This document shows, one piece after another, positions 58,289 through 64,000 of a stretch of DNA of 64,000 nucleotides. The stretch covers positions 36,456,001 to 36,520,000 of the forward strand of contig OZ024742.1 of the NCBI GenBank assembly GCA_964016885.1, written 5' to 3'. Position 1 is the stretch's first letter; each line of letters starts with the position of its first letter. The notes under the pieces were generated by a model that was given only the letters and a program-made list of their open reading frames with translations, was not told the DNA's origin and ran no database searches. Made by a program: the position numbers and the translations under genes. The stretch is from Eledone cirrhosa (lineage: Eukaryota).

Positions 58289-59289
58289 CCTTGAGCAAGG
58301 GTGTTGGGAATTTGAAATGAGACCACCGTATATATGTATAAATGGTATTTATGTCGTCAAATGGTATTTATGTCAACAATCCCGAAGAGATTTCAACAGT
58401 GGAATGCCAGGACAATCTGGATTTTAAAATTGTTCTTGTTTATTCCTTGGAGATAAAATATTGTTTTGTTGTTGTTATTGCTACTGTTGTTGTTGTTGTT
58501 GTTGCTACTGATGTTGTTGTTGTTGTTGTCGTTGCTGTTGTTGTTGTTGTTGTTGGTAGTGTGGTGGTGATAATGGTGGTGGTGGTGTTACTGTTCTCGA
58601 TATTTTTGTTACTGTTGCTGCTGTCGTTGATGCTGTTGTTGTTTAGTCCGAATCAACCCTTACTGAGGTTAACTTTGCCTTTCATCCTAGCGGGGTCGAT
58701 CAAATAAAGTACCAGTTACGTACTGGAGTCGATTTAATCGAAAATTACTGGCCTTGTGCCTATACTAGAAATCTCGTTATTGTTATGTTATTGTTGTTGT
58801 TGTCGCTGTTGTTCTTGGTGCCCCTCTTTTGTTGTTGCTGCCCTTGTTGTTTTCGCTTCACTAGTTTCTGTGTCGCCGTCGTTCCAATTCCATTACTGTA
58901 AAATAGGTCAAATATAGAAAGAATCTTTGAACAAAAACATTCCGTAAGTTCCATAGAAATTCCAGTCAAGGTAGGACCGTATTAAGGCCAACTAATACCC
59001 CAAGCACAGCCCAACAGTAATTCCCCTAAGGTATAAAACGGCTGATTGTGAAATGATAGGCTCAAATTCCAAGGTTTTTTTCAAGTCATTGTCCCCGGAG
59101 CCAGATCTCTCAACTATATGAAATATAATCTGTAGTGTTTTAATTAGCACTAAATAAGGACTTATAACTGAGGCAACAGAGGAAAAATGCAAGTTTTAAA
59201 AAATTATATATTCATTTTTTTTTTTTTTTTTGTGGAAACATCTGGCATCATGGTTCCTCTAAACACCCCCTACTTACCACGATGTGGTG

Positions 59290-59775
59290 GAGATGGCCGA
59301 CCACAAGAATAAGCTCCTAGAGGGGCGCTGGCTTGTTCACAAATCTATAGTAGCCAAAACAACTGGTGCTCTGGGCCTCAAAACCACTTCCTTACTTACC
59401 GCGATCGGATGGAGATGGTCGTTGACATGATCGAGTCCCGAGAAGTTGACAGACTCTTTCAGTGCAGTTCCCTCGCCATTCTTCGGGGTAATGCATTCGC
59501 CATTCTCTCTCGTCTGGGCTATGACGCAACAACAAGCTTAGAATTAATATTGATTAAGTAAGACTTGAAGGGCTTGTAAACAGTTTCATATCAAAGAATG
59601 TAACAAGCAAATTGGCCGCAGCACAGCGTCATTTTTTAAGGAAACTGTTAGAAGAGTTACAATCGGAGCGGAGTTGGCCGCCTGCAGGTGCGAACCCTGC
59701 GAGGTGGAGTGGCTGTTTCACCGCATCTCCCTCGCTGTCCTCTGGAGGGCAAGTTAGTTGTTGGTGGAGGATACT
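59290..59775 (+). pseudogene. Two tandem decayed C-termini of CRE-like RLE LINEs
   Basis: Manual translation: IVAKTTGALG..TSLLTAIG, ESREVDRLFQCSSLAILRGNAFAIL (59290-59520) and EVEWLFHRISLAVL (59700-59745), matching the E..(W/F)L.QRLSLAI.RGNA motif. Confidence 0.6.
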
Positions 59776-60156
59776 AGTTCGGACGTCACTTCCATACATC
59801 TATTGAATGCAGGCTATATATGTTTAGCATATATTATAATTGTAACTTTGCAGCAAAGAGTTACGGCCCTTTATGGTCTGAGTTCAAATCCTGCCGATGT
59901 TAACTTTGCCTTTCATCCTTAAGGGGTCGATAAAATAAAGTACCAGTAATACACTTGGATAATTGCTGGCCTTGTGCCAAAAATAGAAACAATTATAATT
60001 GTAACTTCGACGCAAAAGATTACGGGACATAAATAGTTAATAGACTGTAGTCCCCAAAATATTATAATTGTCACTTCATCTCAAGACAAATACAAAAGTT
60101 ACATATAATAAAATATCAGCATAGATGCTGGGGTTCGTTCTACAGTTGATCGAAAA

Positions 60157-60280
60157 CGGCTGATGAAGGGAGGGGCATTATAGCACCAGATAGACTAACT
60201 CGCCTTTGTCCCACACTCTATTTAAACCAAATACTTAGTAACGTGAGCTCGACACACACACACGAAGCCCCTCATATACT

Positions 60281-60332
<52 letters not shown>

Positions 60333-61620
60333 GTATAGGATTATCCTAGATGTAGTAATGGTTAATTACTACATTCTGCTCTGAGGATTCAGTGGTCACA
60401 GCATTGGATATTTGAGTTCTGCAAATAGTTGTAAATTTGCACATAGCATAACTAGGCTGTAGTACCACCGTTTGTAAGCACACGGAATAAATTACCTTTT
60501 TATGATGTCTACCTGTTATTATTCATTCTTTATATATATATATATATATATATATGAGAATAAACGTGCTGCGTGGTTGCTAATGGGTTACATATGAATA
60601 AAGTGGTCCTCATCAGTGATCTTCCAACCATCACAGGTATTTCATCGCTTTAAAGACCATATACCTCCGGTTGGTGCGAGCAACGGCTAAAAAGAAGTCG
60701 TTGGGACACGTAAATAAAGGGGACACGAGAGTGTAAACAAACAAAGATAGTGAAGCAACGAAAAGTGAGGGAGAGAGAGTCAAGTCCCAAATTTCCATGA
60801 ATATAAGTTCGATGAAATCGTGAACGAGAGAGAATAATGCCATCAAACCTGGTTGGAATGTGAGCAAGGATGAATTCCGTACAGGTCTAACGGGAGGAAG
60901 AAGGAATCTAGTCTGTGAATTCGGTGAACATAAGTTCTGTGAAATCGTAGACGAGAGAGAGAAAAAAAGCGAACCTGCCTGACCAAGGGTGCGAAAGAAA
61001 AGAATTACGCACAGGTCAAACGGGAAGAAGGAGGCGAGAATCGTATTTCAGCTCAGGAATTAACGAAAATCAACGTCCGATATGTGTGGCAAGCGCTCGA
61101 TGATTCATGTGAATCAACATACGTTAAGGGCCAAACACACTGAGATGATGGTTAAACAGGTCATCCGCACAGCCAAAACAAATGTAATTCGGGTCAAACA
61201 ATAAAAATATATGTGATTGATAATTTACCCGGACCCTGGACTGTTGGTAAAATCCAGTATTTGGTTTCTGCGACTCCAAAATCAGGTACTGTCCGCCTAC
61301 ATAAAGAATGTTGGGCTTCTGGTAAGATGATTGAACAAGGAAGCCGTGTTATCAACGGGTTTTTGCTCCAAATGCTATACATAAGTGTGGCTATTACTGA
61401 CCCCACGTGGAGTTCAGCAAGGGAGGCAACACTTATATTAGGCGAATGAATTCAGTTGTGTATAATATTGCGAGAATGCGAAATATCACAAATCGAATAA
61501 AGCTCTCGACAGAATGGTTAAATATAACAGAGCTATTCAACAGTCAATAGAAGCAACTAAAAAAATCAATAAAATTAACTGCTCAATAGCTAGACTCTGG
61601 AGATTAATACAAATATAAAT

Positions 61621-61699
<79 letters not shown>

Positions 61700-61824
61700 G
61701 GCTGCGTGTGTGTGTGTGTCGAGCTCACGTTACTAAGTATTTGGTTTAAATAGAGTGTGAGACAAAGGCGAGTTAGTCTATCTGGTGCTATAATGCCCCC
61801 CCCCCCCCCTCCCTTCATCAGCCG
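60157..61824. mobile_element. ~125-bp inverted repeats enclosing 1.4 kb with possible decayed Penelope-like RT (-)
   Basis: 60157-60280 mirrors 61695-61824. Interior VGSVIATLM/HLEQK at 61360-61408(-) weakly resembles MGSP.S..IA.L.ME..E. Confidence 0.45.
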
Positions 61825-63127
61825 AGAAGATCATATGATATTGAAACTGTCGGACGACTAGCAAGTCTTATCAGAGTAACAAAGGGAGGTGGGGGGAAAG
61901 GTGGTGATAGGATATCCACGTGGCTACACCGGCCCGGTGAACAAGACTTGGTAGAATAACAGAGAGAGAGGAATGGTGATGGTGATGATGATGATGATTG
62001 ACGATGATGATGATGGTGGTGATGTTGATGATGACGGCGATGGTGGAGGTGGAGGCGACGGAGGTGGAGGTGGAGATGAAGGAGGAGGAAGAAGAAGAGG
62101 AGGGACAGAAGGAGATACGAATGCCACGTGGTTTACACTGGCCGGTGATCAAGCTTTGTCAAAGGAGGAGTGGGGGGAGAAGAAGAAGAAGAAGAAGAAG
62201 AAGAAGAAGAAGAAGAAGAAGAAGAAGAAGAAGAAGGAGGAGGAGGAGGAGGGGAGGGGGAAGAAGGAGATACGAATGATTTCACTTATTGGCCACAAGG
62301 GCCGACATGTTGTTGACACCAGCCGGAGATCAAGTCTTGTCAGAGGAGGAGGAGGAGGAGGAGGTTATGTCAAACAATGTAACACGTGACAAATGGAGTG
62401 AGAGATGTAAGCCAACTAACTGGGTTTACAACGGTGAGCGGTAATCAACGTGGTTATGACGTATCAAGTGTTCGTGATAAGCAGAGAGTAAAGGGAGGAG
62501 GAGATAAATAGGTATCGGATAATGGAGATGGGGAGAGAGAAGTGTTGAAGAGACGCTGGGGAATTGTCGGATCGCTGAAATCAAGGACTCTTCTATTCAG
62601 GTTGAAGTCATTTTATTTTCTTTGAGAAAACCATCTACTAAGATAATAATTTTTTCTACTTATAGGCACAAGGCCAGCAATTTGGGGGAAGAGGGAAGTC
62701 GATTAAATCGACGCCAGTGCGTGACTGATACTTTATTTTATCGACCCCGTAAGGATGAGAAGCAAAGCTAACCTCGGCGGGATTTGAGCTCAGAACGTAA
62801 AGGGCCGTAACTCTATGCCTCTAAGCATGCTGCCTGACGCTCTACCGATTCTGCCAATCCATAATAATTGTTTCTACTTTTGGAACAAAGCCAGCAATAC
62901 CTATCTCAATTATCCAATGCATTACTGGTACTTTATGTTATCGACCTCGTAAGGATGAAAGGCAAAGTTAACCTCGGTGGGATTTTAACTCAGATCATAA
63001 AGGGCCGTAACTCTATTCTGCAAAGTATGGTGTCCGACCCTCTACCGATACAGCCAATCCACCGCCCTTCTACTAATATAATAGCCTTGTATATTTGTCC
63101 ATAACGTACTAGATATGACTGAGAAAG

Positions 63128-63590
63128 GAAGGGTGATTACGTTAACTGGGGAAGGAAGGGGTGGTTACGTCGACTGAGGAAGGAAGGGGTGATTACGTCG
63201 ACTGAGGACGACTGATAACGGAAGGGGGTGATTACGTCGACTGAGCACAGAAGGGTGTGATTACGTCGACTGAGGACGGAAGGGGGTGATTACGTCGACT
63301 GAGGACGGAAGGGGGTGATTACGTCGACTGAGGAAGGAAGGGGGTGATTACGTCGACTGAGGACGGAAGGGGGTGATTACGTCGACTGAGGACGGAAGGG
63401 GGTGATTACGTCAACTGAGCACAGAAGGGTGTGATTACGTCGACTGAGGACGGAAGGGGGTGATTATCTCGACTGAGGACGACTGAGGAAGGAAGGGGTG
63501 ATTACGGCGACTGAGGACAGAAGAGGGGGGTTTACGTCGACTGAGGACGGAAGGGGGTGACAAAAAGGTGACTGAGGACGGAAGGGTGGT
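63128..63590. repeat. 29-bp minisatellite (gattacgtcgactgaggacggaagggggt), ~15 units
   Basis: Units in register at 63259, 63288, 63317, etc.; no unique spacers. Confidence 0.92.
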
Positions 63591-63830
63591 AGCGTCTAAT
63601 ATTCACTACATCTGTGTGTGTGTATATGTATAGCGAATTGGCTACACACATTGGCTGTTATGATTATGTGAGTGTGTGTGTGTATATGTGTGTGTGTGTG
63701 TATGTGTGTTTGTGTATATTATATTTATATACAATATTTGTGTGAGTGTATATGTGTTTGTGTGTGTTTATTTAGAAAGATATATAGACAATAAAATTAC
63801 AAACACGCACGAATCTACACATACATATAT

Positions 63831-63903
<73 letters not shown>

Positions 63904-64000
63904 CACTCAATTCTTCTCATTTATATATATATATATCTTTTTCTCAGCTGCGTTTGTCTGTTTCTTTCTTACTACTTCCCCTCTCTCTCTGTATCTCTCA

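Noticed and set aside
59270-59405. Two minus-strand GTAAGT splice donors suggesting host exons
   Set aside because: The region translates on + as CRE-like endonuclease C-termini; no coherent exon found.
60600-60665. Possible type II hammerhead or SECIS on minus strand
   Set aside because: GAAA is not adjacent to the stem II partner and there is no properly spaced apical AA; geometry fails.
63128-63590. CRISPR-like array (29-bp repeats)
   Set aside because: Units are contiguous with no unique spacers; eukaryotic context and no cas genes.

Overview
Eukaryotic, gene-free, repeat-saturated DNA. The SINE families and microsatellite load look like a cephalopod (octopus-like) genome; this is an inference. 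No host gene, tRNA gene or CRISPR array is supported, and almost all ORF-track entries are microsatellite translations or antisense shadows of LINE ORFs. Supported content: (1) two near-identical 3' fragments of an R4/Dong-type LINE in (TAA)n; (2) a decayed RTE LINE ending in three C2H2 fingers, plus non-autonomous RTE 5'UTR+3'end derivatives; (3) a deleted mariner and two MITEs; (4) a ~15.7 kb head-to-tail cluster of L1/Tx1-clade LINEs, each in (GATA)n/(TATC)n, plus a copy with an 18-bp TSD at a short TATC site; (5) decayed Penelope-like elements (Naiad- and Neptune-like RT and GIY-YIG remnants); (6) two CRE-like LINE tails; (7) many tRNA-derived SINEs; (8) minisatellites and many inverted duplications. 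The most striking signal is a very dense set of hammerhead ribozyme (HHR) motifs: about 15-20 motifs from about 10 repeat families. These include non-coding 416-526 bp partial-tandem retrozyme-like units, two of which share an octamer plus a PSE/TATA-like module upstream of a long-helix HHR. There are also about 12 Naiad pseudo-LTR insertions that all break at or near HHR stem II, most of them folding back there. All RNA folds were read by eye, not computed.
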